A stretch of DNA of 64,000 bases, taken from positions 717,873 through 781,872 of the forward strand of contig NMRA01000066.1 in NCBI GenBank assembly GCA_002633005.1. Reading direction: 5' to 3'. Made by a program: the position numbers and the translations under genes. Below, in pieces: positions 1 to 13,971 of the stretch. This DNA comes from Phoronis australis (taxonomy: Eukaryota > Animalia > Phoronida). The notes beneath the pieces are model-generated. The model was given only the letters and a program-made list of their open reading frames with translations, was not told where the DNA came from and did no database searches. The stretch's first letter is position 1; each line of letters opens with the position of its first letter.

Positions 1-1349
1 GGGGAATTCCAAAGGACATTCTTATGAATTCCCGGCTCCCGGTGGCGACTCCCGAAAGAAGAGGAATACGGTCTTCGGGATTGCCGCTCTGAAGTCTGAA
101 GGGTGACTTTTTCGCGGTCTATCTATTTTTCAAAAATGTAATTATTTATTGAAAATAAAAGTATATGTGGCATCATTATATGTTAAAATTTGGTTTTAAT
201 TTAATACAAGGTACCGATGACCAAAACTGCAAGATTTTTACGGATAGCAAAAATTGAAATTCAGGTTAGCAACAACTCAAGTTTAATGCATGAGGGCGTA
301 TAAACTAATGAATACACAGAAGTGTCTAGAGTTCGTCCTAGCTCATTTCGGCGCCTGTGAACATGTGACAATGGTTCAGATACCATACCATAGTTACTCT
401 TCTAATTTGGGAGACGATTACACTTTGCCTTGGTAGTCCCCCCCTTGCATTGATCACACTGCCACAACCTCAGAAGACAGAAATATAATAGAGTAATAGC
501 CTTATGTGAACGTTATGGCTTCCCCTGAAGTATATTACGCGTTAGAAGTTTAGATAATTCATACACAGAATGAGTCCATGTCGGTGTGTGACAGCGTGAC
601 TCGTGAGTGGCTGACAATAACAACTGAACTTCTGAAGTCTGAACTCAACACGTTCGTTGGAAATCACAGCATCGATTGTGGCCAATCAATTTTAGAACGC
701 TCTCTGGCACTAACCTGACTTCCAAAACTTCTGAAATGTCTTCTTGCTGGCTCTGCTCGTAGTAATATAAACTTCATTGTCGCAGGCTAGCCAACACACT
801 TTTTCTTCGAAGTTGACTGTCTGTTATAAAATTCAAGCTCTTGACTTCCGGTGGAAACTGCCTTACGAATACAACTCAACACAAAGGAAACGTGCACAAG
901 AACTACGTTTTTTTAAGAATTGCATGAAATCAATTGATTGCATTGTACTGACCAGGTCAGTGTCTCAGGAGATTAACATTGGGTGCCTTCTTACTGCTGT
1001 TTGTCACCGGATGTTCGTCTACATTTAAATTCACAAAGACGTTCCGTAATGATTACACAACTGCACTAATTCTGTACTGACCAGGTTAAATGTTCGTCGT
1101 TTTGTGGTATTTGCATCTATATCAATGCTAAGGAAACATTCGGGCAACATTTTTTTGAGATGATGGGTTTTGCATGAGCAAACAATAGTTTTTGTTGGAA
1201 AATAATGGGAAAAAATTTCGTACCAAAAATTAAATAGATCTCACAATATTCAAATTTTAAAAACTTGAAAACGTAAATTTTCATCACATCGAAACCTTAA
1301 AGTTTTTAGAAAATTCAAGTTTTCCACAAATGAAAAAATCCAGTTATCT

Positions 1350-1777
1350 GAAAAACTTAAGAAGTCAGGAAAACTTAAGTTTTTAAAATTACAAAAACTT
1401 AAGTTTTGTGATAAACTTAAGTTATCAGAAAAACTTAAGTTTTGTTAGTACAAAAAACTTAAGTTTTCACGAAAACTTAAGTTATTACTTGAAACTTAAG
1501 TTTATTTGTGAAAACTTAAGTTTTACACTTGAAAAAACTTAAGTTTTCTGAAAAACTTAACATTGTGCTGAAAAACTTAAGTTTTTGGCGAAAAACTTAA
1601 GTTTTAAAAACTTAAGTTTCTTTTAAAAACTTAAGTTTTTCGGAAGAACTTAAGTTTTTCCTCTAAAACTTAAGTTATTTTCCAAAAACTTAAGTTTTTT
1701 GAAAATAACTTAAGTTTTAGAGGAAAAACTTAAGTTTTTTCGCCAAAAACTTAAGTTTTCAGCGAAAAACTTAAGTT
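1350..1777. repeat. Tandem array of the palindromic motif AAAACTTAAGTTTT, about 21-bp period
   Basis: About 20 copies of aaacttaagt(t) with variable spacers. The array ends near ttttgtaaggg (about 1790), which may be the terminus of a non-autonomous DNA transposon. Confidence 0.9.
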
Positions 1778-1790
1778 CATTTTTGTAAGG

Positions 1791-1965
1791 GAAGAAACGT
1801 TCTGCACAGGCACCTGTCCTTCATTCACATTACAACTATTTGCTACAAGTGACTGACTGCTAAAGATTAATTACTGTCAATTCCAGGTCATGGGACAATA
1901 CATAATAGAGAAACTTTCATTACACCCGACGTTCACTCATTTGGGATTCATTTATTCATATTACT
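1791..1965 (+). repeat. Dispersed repeat; inverted copy at about 29020-29146 plus 30002-30050
   Basis: aagaaacgttctgcacaggcacctgtccttc...cactcatttgggattcatttattcat matches the reverse complement of the sequence on both sides of the 29147-30001 insertion. Confidence 0.85.
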
Positions 1966-3679
1966 GAATGCACCCTAGCGTTAAGACACTTGAATTATTT
2001 TTAATTTGCTTCATATTCTAGCACATGCTTGTCTATTAATCAAAAATGCTGCCATGTATACGATATGCAGTAATCCTTCAACTGTACTTTGTTGTCCGCC
2101 TTCTGATTCAATTACTTAATTTTCACAATTCTGTGCCATCGCTAAAATGTGCATTAGAGTATGGCAGCAGACACCAATCTCATTTCATTTCGGGTAAATT
2201 TTGTAACATGCTGGCATTGGGTTGCTTTGATTCTTCGAAGATTTCATTGTCCAAAGATCGGATGGTCCGAACTCATTTCGTTCCAACAGACTCGTTGGTG
2301 TATTGATCAGTCGATGGTTGTCACATTAGTATTTCTGTGTCTCAAAAATCTTTTAATTCGAGCCTCAGCTAGTACTTGATACGTTTGGCACAAACTATTT
2401 GCCCACAATACATGGAGGGAACACATTCGATAGGCAATTTGTTGTTCTCATTTTTCAGCGATTGAAGAAATCGTTGGCTTAATCACCTTTAACAACAACG
2501 CTGTCGGAAACTTGTGCGTTGTAAATAGAAACAACGACGGTTAACTGTTGACCAGTGACTTGGGAGACGAGTGGGTCATGATATCTAATGAGGTCTACTA
2601 CACACAATCAGAAGCTGACGTGAGTAAAATACAACTTGAATATCAATACCGCAGAAAGTCGGCAAATACATGTATTCTTCGAGCAAGCCAACAGTTTAGT
2701 GTTGTTTGCATGAAAAATATGAACCCCCAGTTACCTTGGATACATTTTCATGTCAATTTTCTTCTTCTTGCCTCTATCAACAATTACTGCATGCAACATG
2801 ACAGAAATGACGCAGTTGGCGTGAGTGCCAAGTTCCGCGTTCTGTTTGATTGGACAACATTATTTAGCCAAACCAATTGAACTCGGTGTATGGTTACCAC
2901 GAGTCAGCCAGTGCTTTTTCTCCGTGAAATGAACTGCGGAACTAGGGCAGACACGCAAACTACAACAAACCATTAATGTGCATGGTGTCAGTAACAACCA
3001 CCAAGCTAATTCAGTCAGTACTCTTTAACCAGTAAAGAACTTATAAAGCAATTACTTTGCATTAATGAGTCATTGGCCATTCAGGACCAGCATGCTGCTG
3101 GTTCTCTGAATAACAGGCAGAGCTCAGTGACTTTACAAGTTAAGGTGATGACCTATTTACTATTTCCTGTCTTGTTTTCTCACCTATTTCACTTCAAAGA
3201 TGTAACCTGACTGGTATATCGACACTTGATTTTTTGTTTATAAGTTGATGATATGCAATGAATAAACGAAACGTCGAATGAGTATGAACTTTTTTGCCAT
3301 GCTATGAACATTTCCACTAAATAAGATTGGTCCTAACCCCAGTGGTTAAGGTAAACGGTGGGGTATGGAAAATTGAACAAGACCGTATTGATCCACCTTG
3401 GCTGAGTCGCACTCGGCTCACGATCAAAGGGATGCCGCCAAGCTGCTCTAGTCATCGAGTCACGAGCGAGGATAGTTGGCTTCGCTCATGCGGATATGAT
3501 CAGCTGATTACAATCTAGCTAGCAGACTGTACTTTTTATGGAGAGAGTTTTACGTAGTTTTTACTGTAATATTTGAAAAGAGGAGCGTAAACAAATATGA
3601 GTACAACTTTGAATTTTTCAAATCGGCCCAGGATAAGAGATTTTGCAACACAGCAACACTCACGATTACTTTCATTCGG

Positions 3680-4595
3680 NNNNNNNNNNNNNNNNNNNNN
3701 NNNNNNNNNNNNNNNNNNNNNNNNNNNNNNNNNNNNNNNNNNNNNNNNNNNNNNNNNNNNNNNNNNNNNNNNNNNNNNNNNNNNNNNNNNNNNNNNNNNN
3801 NNNNNNNNNNNNNNNNNNNNNNNNNNNNNNNNNNNNNNNNNNNNNNNNNNNNNNNNNNNNNNNNNNNNNNNNNNNNNNNNNNNNNNNNNNNNNNNNNNNN
3901 NNNNNNNNNNNNNNNNNNNNNNNNNNNNNNNNNNNNNNNNNNNNNNNNNNNNNNNNNNNNNNNNNNNNNNNNNNNNNNNNNNNNNNNNNNNNNNNNNNNN
4001 NNNNNNNNNNNNNNNNNNNNNNNNNNNNNNNNNNNNNNNNNNNNNNNNNNNNNNNNNNNNNNNNNNNNNNNNNNNNNNNNNNNNNNNNNNNNNNNNNNNN
4101 NNNNNNNNNNNNNNNNNNNNNNNNNNNNNNNNNNNNNNNNNNNNNNNNNNNNNNNNNNNNNNNNNNNNNNNNNNNNNNNNNNNNNNNNNNNNNNNNNNNN
4201 NNNNNNNNNNNNNNNNNNNNNNNNNNNNNNNNNNNNNNNNNNNNNNNNNNNNNNNNNNNNNNNNNNNNNNNNNNNNNNNNNNNNNNNNNNNNNNNNNNNN
4301 NNNNNNNNNNNNNNNNNNNNNNNNNNNNNNNNNNNNNNNNNNNNNNNNNNNNNNNNNNNNNNNNNNNNNNNNNNNNNNNNNNNNNNNNNNNNNNNNNNNN
4401 NNNNNNNNNNNNNNNNNNNNNNNNNNNNNNNNNNNNNNNNNNNNNNNNNNNNNNNNNNNNNNNNNNNNNNNNNNNNNNNNNNNNNNNNNNNNNNNNNNNN
4501 NNNNNNNNNNNNNNNNNNNNNNNNNNNNNNNNNNNNNNNNNNNNNNNNNNNNNNNNNNNNNNNNNNNNNNNNNNNNNNNNNNNNNNNNNNNNNNN
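3680..4595. other. Assembly gap (916 N)
   Basis: Continuous run of N. The long X-filled ORFs spanning it are artefacts. Confidence 1.
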
Positions 4596-7500
4596 CACGT
4601 GCCCTAAAACAATTGCAGCCGTCGGGGTTAAACCGTGGCAACCGACATAGGCGTGAGGACGGGGGCTGTCAAGAAAAGAAAGACTGCGAATACGGATGAG
4701 ACAAAATTCAAGAGAACATTTGTAACTCTGTATCATTGCATAGTTTAACCTTTGAGGCCCTGGCCAGTATACCGTTGTTAGGGTCTCCGTTTTTGCAGCA
4801 TAGGTCGTCTCAACGCACTTGAAAACGTGCACTTGATCATTCATACATGTATTTTGAAAAGTCTAGAAAATTTTTAATTCAATAATACAAACTTGCGAAA
4901 ACAAAACTATAATTTTTCAGAGACCCCTTTATGGCAAGGGATAACGGAGACAACTGTCGCCCTACTTTTTCGTTGTTTTTTTCTTGAAATTGTTTACCAC
5001 TTGAGAAAAAATTGATAACCTGACAAATAACATCATTCAATTGCTGTACATTTCCTGATCTTTGAAAATACAGATCTTTTTATATTTAAGGGCCTAGCCC
5101 TTGAAGGTGCAATTGATGACATTCCAGTGGCCATTTTTTGACAAATTCTTAAAAGACCGCTCACGGAGAGAGAGCCCAATGTTGGAATCGATTACCTCTA
5201 TTTCCCTGTTTTTGTGAAAATGTACAACCGGTTTTGATGTAGAGGACGGCCTCTTCTTGCAGGATTGCACGACGATGATGGAATTAAATGTCTCTCTTTT
5301 CCAAATGATGTTCAGCCTTTCATCTTAATGTGTCCCATTTCAGACGGGATATCTCTCGGTGGGGTGGTTCGGGGGAATTGTCCTTTTGTCCTTCCTTACA
5401 TGTAAATCCGACACTGCCAAGAATTCACGAGGGGAAGTTAAGATTCCAAGTTCATCAAAAATACACAGTACAGTAGTATCAAGACATTCGACCAAAATAT
5501 CCAAAGATGTGGAAAATACAATAGAATTGACCGCCATCGAAAAGGTGGAATTTTGAAGTTCGTGAAGTCCACTATTTGTGAATTACACAAAAAAACTATT
5601 TTGGACAGTATCAAAAATACTATTTCTTTTGAAGATCATTACTAGGAGTTGTTTGTAAGGAATTTGCGCATGACAAAAAGACTGCCAGGGCTTCCATTGC
5701 GAAGACCGTCTACATGTAGAACGGGGTACTCAAAGTACTCGAAATCATAAACAAAGATTTCAGTGTTTTATGGAGTCCAATGTTAAGTCGTGAACCGTTA
5801 TAGGTACTTATAAAATGAGCAAAATATACCTTAATACGAACGTCCTACTTCCAATGTTTCCCCCGATTACCCTTCAAATTCTTCTTCGAGCATAACTGCA
5901 GAATTTGCTTATAACTTTCCTTTTTGAAAAACAAATTTGTTGGTTTCTGATTTACGTGTCTATGTATCTAGGAAAATTGACAGATTCATATAATATTTTT
6001 GACAATTAAAATCTAATATTGATGATGTTTTAGTGAATTTAGTAGCAGCCTGAAGTCGGAAAAAATCTATAATCCTAACCCCAAATAATAAAGCACACTT
6101 AGATGATTTTTGCCAATCTGAAATATCTGTCAAACATATTGATGAATTTCGGACAGTTCACAAAAATATACTCACAATTCAGATCACATTAAATGCATTT
6201 GCTGTTTGAATTAGGTACAAGATGTGTCATCAGGAAATAAGACATTAAATCAAGGTAACGCATTGCTCACAGAATCGAATGTTGGTTTCTGATTTAAATG
6301 TTTATGTATCTACGGAAATGATAGGTGATTTTCTGACAGAAGCTAATCCTGTAAGAAATAAATATGCATAACTGAACTTATTTGCAAGTTGACATTCGGA
6401 AAATTCGATCCATCATCAGATCCCCAAATACAGAAGTAAACTAAGGGTATCAACAGTAAAATGTTAAAAAACAAAAAATGATGGTGTTATTTACTCATAC
6501 TTCTATGCAAACGTGTCCTTTTGCTATGAGCTATGGCAATATGGTTATTCTCTAACAACAAAACTGGTGAAAAACATTATTGTTGAATAGTCACGAGTAG
6601 TATTGCACAGAAACCTTAGCACACATTTACGTCAGGAGCAACATTTTAATTTTTTACCAATTCACCAGACAGCATACCTGCTGCCGCCACTTTGCCACAG
6701 GTCAAATATTTCACTTGAGGCTCGGTTACAGTTATTCCTCAGAATCCATCATTTGGGGGAATCTGGGTGATGTTATATCCATAACCGGTGCAGAATTTGC
6801 ATATCTCTTCCATATCCTTCCCATAACAACAAAACCGCTTTTACATGTGCATCCAGTGATCAACAAACGGGCACACCCACGTTATCCGAGAACTAAGTAC
6901 ATATTTCTCACCCATAAAAAGACTATTTTCACCAAGCGAGAGAACGTACGGGACCCTTTCCATGTACACCAGCAAAATGGTCCACTATGAAGTATTTAGC
7001 GATGAGAATTATTGAAGCATTTTTCTGTTTCATCATCAACTACTTTTCCCTGAAGTGTGTCGCGATTCCCTTGCATCTACTGAACGCAGACTATCATGAA
7101 GAATGACAACATTCGAGAAGACCTCGCCAGAGGAGGAATTTTTGGCGACCTGTTACACGTTAATGCTCGTTTGCAAACATTTTGCTCATAACACCACCTA
7201 AATGCAATGACCGGTTAATGCTAGTTGTCTTACTTTAATTTCAGTGCATGAAAAATAGCTGCGAACAACACCCTTCATAATACGCTGCTCCATCCTTATT
7301 CTTCCTCAATACAGTGGGCGTTTTGATGTCCTATACATGTATATCTTCTCGCGTTCACGTAATATGGTGCGTAAAGTCTAATTTCCCCTTGAACGTACTT
7401 AACATGGAGTGGTGATAAAACCCTGCTTCCGTATATTGCTAGAGTATTGTCCGGACTGTGAAAACACTCCAATAATCCATAATCACAAAATCCATCAGAA

Positions 7501-8062
7501 GAAGGCTTTAATGATGTCGTGAAGGAGTGGTTAGCCAATCGACATACTTGCATATAATTGTAGTTGTATTCTAAGATGATAAATCAGCAAGACATGCATA
7601 GAAAGTTTGTATTTCTAATGTCTTTCTGACGTCCGTTTAATACAAACTTTTGGCTAAAATCAACGATAGTTAAAAAATTGGAGATTAGAATCGAACTCAG
7701 TCCTAATTGGGAAGAACTCACAGTTTAATATTGTTTGAGACCATTGCCAGTAAGCTGCTTTGTCACATTTTGTGCATGATATTGAACTACAACGCATTAC
7801 ATCAACGAGGTATCCCATGCCACTTGAGTATTGAACAAGTCGAAAATCAGTTTTATACCTGTCCATGCTCCAAAATAAAAAGTTATATTTTGCGACGGAA
7901 GAAGAGTCTCATAGCATCTTTTTATGATTCGTTAATTGAGTTTACTACAGTATGCATATCAATTGTCCTGCGCATGATGAGATCTTCCGAGAAATTTTCA
8001 AGTAGATATATACATGTTTCGAGTCAATCGGAGTGTCCATAAATGTCATCAGGTGCTACTGG

Positions 8063-8259
8063 TCAATTTCCATTGCTGTCGCACTTCCGGCAACGACATG
8101 TGGGGCAGCCGTTTTTGTCGTAGATCCTGCCGCATGCACATTTGTTCTTACACACAAGGGGGCACTTTGGACAAGGATTGCACTTGCAGATGGGACAACC
8201 CACAACCTTGACGTTACCGCATGGACAAAATATCTTGCAGACGGGAGGACATTGTTTGA
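8063..8259 (-). CDS. Terminal exon encoding two antistasin-like Cys-rich repeats (probable secreted protease inhibitor)
   Basis: Phase-1 acceptor tttaagttccag|TC, then KQCPPVCKIFCPCGNVKVVGCPICKCNPCPKCPLVCKNKCACGRIYDKNGCPTCRCRKCDSNGN*. The two C-x3-C-x3-C-x-x-G...GCPxCxC units fit the antistasin pattern. This frame is not in the ORF track, and the upstream exon was not identified. Confidence 0.85.
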
Positions 8260-10113
8260 CTGGAACTTAAAGAAAAGAGAGAATGGAAGAACATGAAGCA
8301 TATGGATCTAGAAGTCACCACTTCCTGTTAACAACGTAAGTTGGCCTCAGCACGGTTTTGGTTCACATAGCAATTCACTGGTAATGGTAATTAGACCTTT
8401 TAAATATCAAAATCTATCGTACATGTATAGCCATTGTAGTTACAGACAATCAGGCTCTAAATGACGTCATTTATGATCAAATATCGACAATCTTCCCTTA
8501 CTCAACGAACCCACAACGACATCACAACATGCATTGTTCGTGATTGGGATTCATTTTTCTCAACGCTTGCTCGTCACTTTAACGGTCAGCAAACAACCCT
8601 CCATCACGTTTTATACCCCAACGACGCCAGAACGTCAGAATTGATGCCATTATTAACTAGGCCCTCATTATCACCACCATGTGAGAGAAGTAGCGGTTCG
8701 CACGCGAAAGGTATTTTTAACGAGGTGTATCATCCAACTTTTGACAAATGCTTTGTAATTTGTTATCAATCAAAACTGAATTTCATAATGTTTAAGGAAA
8801 AATACAACTTATATACCTGTGGCCGATTTCTGAAATTAATTTAGCGCTATCTTTTGCTGCGAAATTGCAACTTTGACATTTGTGAACGCGAATTGCCAAT
8901 TTTTTAAACTGGTTTTGTCCTTGTTGACCATTTTAGTGGTACTGATATTTTTGTTCTATCTGATGCTTTGGCATGTAAATCTACAAACACCCTAAGGACC
9001 CTCCGAGAAGTGGGGCTGAAGATGGATCCAAACAGACGGATGTAATGGACCAACACAGATCAATGAAATCGATTATAGCAACACAACAGCGCACTTATAC
9101 ATGTAGAAAAACACTGAAGAACGTCTAGGGCCTGGAGATACACCAAAGCCGGATGAAGTGTCTTTCGAAGAAGGCAAGGCAGCGCTTGGATGCAATGTCA
9201 AGTGACACAGCAGAGGAGCTGAGCAGGACACTAACCACAGCACCAATTTACGCAACCAATGGGGATGCAAGCTTTCCCAAAGAGAGGCCACCGACCAGAA
9301 GAAGGAAATATGCAATCAAAACATGGACATGCTGTATACTATTGATAACTTAGCGTTACCATTTCGAAGACTTCCACGGATCGTCTGAAGCCGAAGTAAT
9401 GGCGTGTGGGCCTTGGCGGATAATGCTGTCACGTGGGATGTAACGCAACTTCTTTGCTTGTTGATGTAATACACTATTCCACACATCTGATAGCTTTTGT
9501 GAGCACACCATCAACCAAAATGTCGGAAGGCTGATGTAAGTTTTAGACCTCAACTATTCCGGATAGTAATGACTATTCAAAGTTTGGACATGCAAACTTG
9601 TTTTAAATTAAAATAGAAAATAGAACACTCGCCACTCATCATTAAATTCTTCCTAGGCCTATATAACAAAGCAGCAAGTGATGTAAAATCAAATGTGTAA
9701 TTAATTTTTTCAAAAGACAGAAAGATCTGTTGACAATTTTTGCATTATGAATAATAAAAAATTCACTAACATCTTTCACGCTTAATTTAGAAAAGATTTT
9801 CGGATTGAGATTAATGTTTATCTATACCGTAAGTGATAGTTATGGTTTTGTTAATTAATGAAACTTCATAATCTCGGTATACTTTTTAACGCTACTAAGT
9901 CTGCAAGTGATGATAAAAGCTATGTCGTTCTGGTCGTCTGACCATCTCAAACAAACAAAACTCAGCTTGAACGCATGGTGCTAGAGAATCTCTTCGGACA
10001 CCGGAATGTTTCCCAGCAACTTTGACGAACATGAAAATTGAGACAATCCACAGAGAGTTGAATTCTTGCAGTTCTATGGTTTTGGTAGGAACAGAGGTAT
10101 CATTATCGTAATA

Positions 10114-10406
10114 CGAAATCCCATTAGTGTCATGAAAAAAATAAAATTTGAAACTGCTGAAACACTTTGTAATTACGGATTGCCATTCTGTAATTACAGA
10201 TTGCCAATCTGAAAATACGGAATGCCAATCGGTTTTTACGCATTGTCAATCTGTTAATAAGTATTGGCAATCCGTAATAACAGATTGGCAATCAGCATTA
10301 GCAGATTGGCAATACGTAGTAACAGATTGGCAATGTGTAATTACAGTTAGGCACACTGTTTTAACAGATTCATTTTTTTATTTTTCAGGCCTCTAATGGG
10401 CCTTCG
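10114..10406. mobile_element. MITE with TA target-site duplication and an internal 21-bp minisatellite
   Basis: Imperfect TIRs TA|cgaaatcccattagtgtcatgaaaaaa ... tttttcaggcctctaatgggccttcg|TA. About 10 internal copies of gtaattacagattggcaatct. Confidence 0.8.
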
Positions 10407-10542
10407 TACATGTATTACTTGTCAATAGCGGAGTTGCAACGCCGCCATATTGGAAATGGGTCAGAATATTGCATTGTGGTTAAGTCGGTAAACAAATACG
10501 TCGGCAAGCGTGGGGGCGAACCAGCCACAGGGATGTTATACA

Positions 10543-10773
10543 TATACGTGTTGTGTGCCTGGCTGCTATAATACCAGTTAGTGAGATAAAAAATTTAGTT
10601 ACTACCTGTTTCCCAAGGATCAAGAATTGCGTAAAAATGGGCCAGAAACATCGGTAGAGCTGGTAGCAAAGGCCGATTTAGTGAATTCTTTCCGACTTCG
10701 TGGCCTGCAGCGCTCATTTTGAGGGCTGCAAGAAAATGTATCTTGGAAACTGCCCAACATTATTTCCCTTGAA
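10543..10773 (+). pseudogene. THAP zinc-finger relic (transposon-derived)
   Basis: [74 protein letters not shown]. C2CH ligands and the P, W and PTxF motifs are present, with stops and frameshifts. Confidence 0.85.
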
Positions 10774-11916
10774 AGAAACAGTAACAAATACTCCACGGCG
10801 GAGGGTAGTAAAAAATTGTTTTCGCTTGACCAGAACCAAACCAACTTGAGCAATTTTGAGCATAATGTCTTTACACAATCACCTGTTCTGTCGACTCACT
10901 TAACGCACACTATGCATTAAGGTGATAAGACAAAGTCCAGAATATTATTATTTACTTTCTACTAAATTGTGGTGCATTCCTATCAAAATTCGTTGTTAAA
11001 TTACGATCATTTTTCAGAAAAATTGTGCAGAAATCCCTCGCCGACAGATGAGTTGATCCCGGTCTCGCTATCGTCGATAGGGCTTGAATTGTTGAATAAG
11101 ACTCAATAAATTACCTGAAATCCTCCTCAAGTTTTCCAAACAGGGTCTCAAAGATTTTTAAGTCCTTGTGGAGTCTGGATTAACTGCAGATTAAGTCCAA
11201 ATCTGTGCTAGATTGTAGCCCGCAACACGAGAAAAATCTCTGGAGGAACACACATGTTGTTGTCACGTGACGTTTGTTTGGAAGTTTGAATGCGTGTTTG
11301 TGAGAGTAAGCGTGCGTGTGCTTGTCATCAGAGTTCATTTGCCAGAGTAAATGCGATGTAATGACCTAGGTGTGCATTCTATCTAAAGAAATTAACTCAA
11401 GCAATCAGACAGGGCGTGTTTTAATATTTAGCACTTGGTGGCCTCATCTGCTAAATACGTTCGAGAATTGTTTCAGTAAGACCGATATGTCACTCAATGA
11501 GTCGCCGGGTGAGTGAATGCGTGACCGTACAGCTATTCGGGGTGTAAGGGTGCGAATGTATTCACTATCAGTGGGTCATTTTGACTTTAAAACAACAATT
11601 ATGATTAGTTAAATAATTTCTCTTAAAAATAATGCAAAAATTTTTTACGGTATCAGAAACTTTCGGAAATTCGTGCCAATATTTATTTCTTGTCGATGCT
11701 ATGTTATTCCATTCATGAATATAAAGTTCCCGACTAAATGTCTTCGATGACAGCCCGTACATTATGCAGAGCGCGCTTCATGGCCGCGTGCTAACACTGC
11801 TCGAGCTTTTTTTTGAATCGCGGCGTAAGTTGGGAAGTGTATACGGACATAACGGTGAGGCTCGTGGTCTACGAATTCAGGACTGTCAGATCTTTCAACG
11901 GGGCTATTCGGAGAAT

Positions 11917-13971
11917 TGACCTATCGCAAGCTCTGCCCCTATGCGAAAAGTCACGTGATACCCGACATTCGAACGAGATGTCAGAGGCAAATACACTGTC
12001 ACTAAACGACGCTCCTGGTGGAATCGATGAGTGTTTTTTCACTATTTGAAAACGCTTTGACAGAGACAAGAGGCGATGCTTTTCAACAGAGAATTGTACG
12101 TTCATGATATGGAAATTTGTAAAGGTGACGATGAAAACATGGCTCGAGGAGCCAGCGAAATTCCGAAGAACCCCTCTGCCTCGGGGCCACCTTCACCTAC
12201 CAAATGACAAAGCCACTGATACGATATGTTCATGTAAAGCTGAGTATGTACCTTCAAGTCGAATTATCTGTACGATTCCATAGATTTCATGATCTTTCTA
12301 ATAAAATCAGTAAAGATTCACCGATATTTTTATTCTGTCGTCTGCTAAATTTCGCCAAATAATTAAAAGTAGGTCACAACTGGTGGGACTCTCGGAGTAA
12401 GTAGGTCATAGATTACAGACAACACATGCACTATAGTCTTTGACTAGGTCGACTCCACAGCACTGTTTACGCTTTTCTAGTCTTGTAACGAAATATTTTG
12501 ATAAAAAAAATTCAGGTTCATAGCTCATGCTCACATTCATCTCATCCTAGGCAAACAGTTAGCTCCGGCGGGTTAATTAGGTCTAGGGCTGTGTCTAAGT
12601 CAGTGAAGTTAATGTCTGGAACTCAGTGGCGGATCTAGGATACCACAAGGGGGGTCCAACATGTTGTCTCGTGGAATTGGGCAAAGTGCAATTGTATGTA
12701 CACAGGCGGCCCGAAAGTTGCAGGGACCTGGGATGCAGACCTTTGGACCTTCTGTTCAGAAAATTTATCGGTGGACTAAAAAAAAAAAACAGGAACACGA
12801 TTCCGCCGCGATCTGGGGTCTGAGCCCCCCTCTTCCGCTACCGGTCCTAGTTACTGAACTCAATATTTCCTCACGCTACACGCTCTTGCTGTTTCATTTT
12901 GCTTGCGGGGGGGCTGGGGCCCCTGCCCCCACCCCCTAAATCCGCCTATGGTCCGTTTGCACCATTAAGACGTTTAAATTAGGCCTGCCTTCTTACTAAC
13001 TTGGCATTTTTTGTAGTTTCATTCCATAAAGGTAACTTTCATTTAATTTTGAAGGTAGCATAATTACTAAGTCGTGGTATGGTTACAACTTGAAAGATTA
13101 CAAGTCTGGTGTGGTAGTTGCAAATAGGGTATTTACAAAAATAACTCAAATTCTGTTTTAAAGCTTCATAAATCTAAATATCATGTCTGAACAACTTCAA
13201 AATGAGCTCTGTCTAACTCTACAGACATAGTGTATACTAGAGGTACACGTCAAAAAGTAATTTTACAGTTTATGTTTATAGTGACAACAGCTTGACCAAG
13301 GCTTTGAGTTACTGGCAGCAATCCAGTGCCCCTCCCTGCATGTGCAGATCGAATCTCTGAATTTTGACCGAGAGAGAAGTTCAGCTGAACGCCAGCCTAC
13401 GGGTTTATGAATAACAAAAACGTACCTCTTTTAGGTTGAAATAAATAAAAAAATAAAAAAATGTCCTTGAAAACAACAATTACCGGGGACTATACCGCAG
13501 GTGTCGAGACAAAGGCGGCCAGACGTAGGAAACTCGGGAGTCACAATCTGAGATAGCCCTTCACCATATAGCCACCAAGCTGAAAAGTGCGCATCTTGGA
13601 ACTGATATATTTGTGTTTATAATAGCCTTCCAGTTATCAAGCAACATCGCTAAGTTCAGTTGCTCGTGTAGCCGTACAGTTTGATCCATAGTTTACGCTG
13701 AAATCAGTTTTCGGCTTAGGACATGCCAAAAAATGACGGGATATTATTCTGGAGCAGCATAAGGGCTGTCGGTGCTACACACGCCATATCAACACCGTTT
13801 CCCCATTCTTAGCGGACAATTTCTTGAGCTATAGACTAAAGTAAGTTTTACTCGACTACGTGAGGTTTGTCGGGTATAATGGCGGCTTGGAAACGCAGAC
13901 GAAGGTGTGCCAAGAATGCTTTGTTCTGATTGGTCAATTAAGCCGTCCGTCATAATCCTGGCGATAGGTCA
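11917..13971 (+). mobile_element. 2.05-kb non-autonomous AT-TSD TIR element, copy 1
   Basis: TIR tgacctatcgc / gcgataggtca with AT TSD in a palindromic gagaATtctc target. A full-length inverted copy lies at 38699-40715. Confidence 0.9.
12625..12949 (+). mobile_element. hAT-like MITE nested in the 2-kb element
   Basis: Ends cagtggcggatctagg ... cctaaatccgcctatg. The second copy (about 39705-40017) is flanked by a 5-bp AATTC duplication. Confidence 0.7.

Noticed and set aside
1350-1777. CRISPR-like palindromic repeats with spacers
   Set aside because: Spacers are only about 7-10 bp, repeats are degenerate, there are no cas genes, and the context is eukaryotic.
3550-4844. Four ORFs of 335-390 aa
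   Set aside because: Artefacts of translating through the N gap.
8014-8301. Three overlapping ORF-track proteins
   Set aside because: Alternative frames of the antistasin exon.
9040-9102. MYKCAVVLL as a signal-peptide exon for the antistasin gene
   Set aside because: In-frame stop after 9 codons and no suitable donor.
10148-10396. Repetitive ORF (VITDCQS)n
   Set aside because: Read-through of a 21-bp minisatellite inside a MITE.
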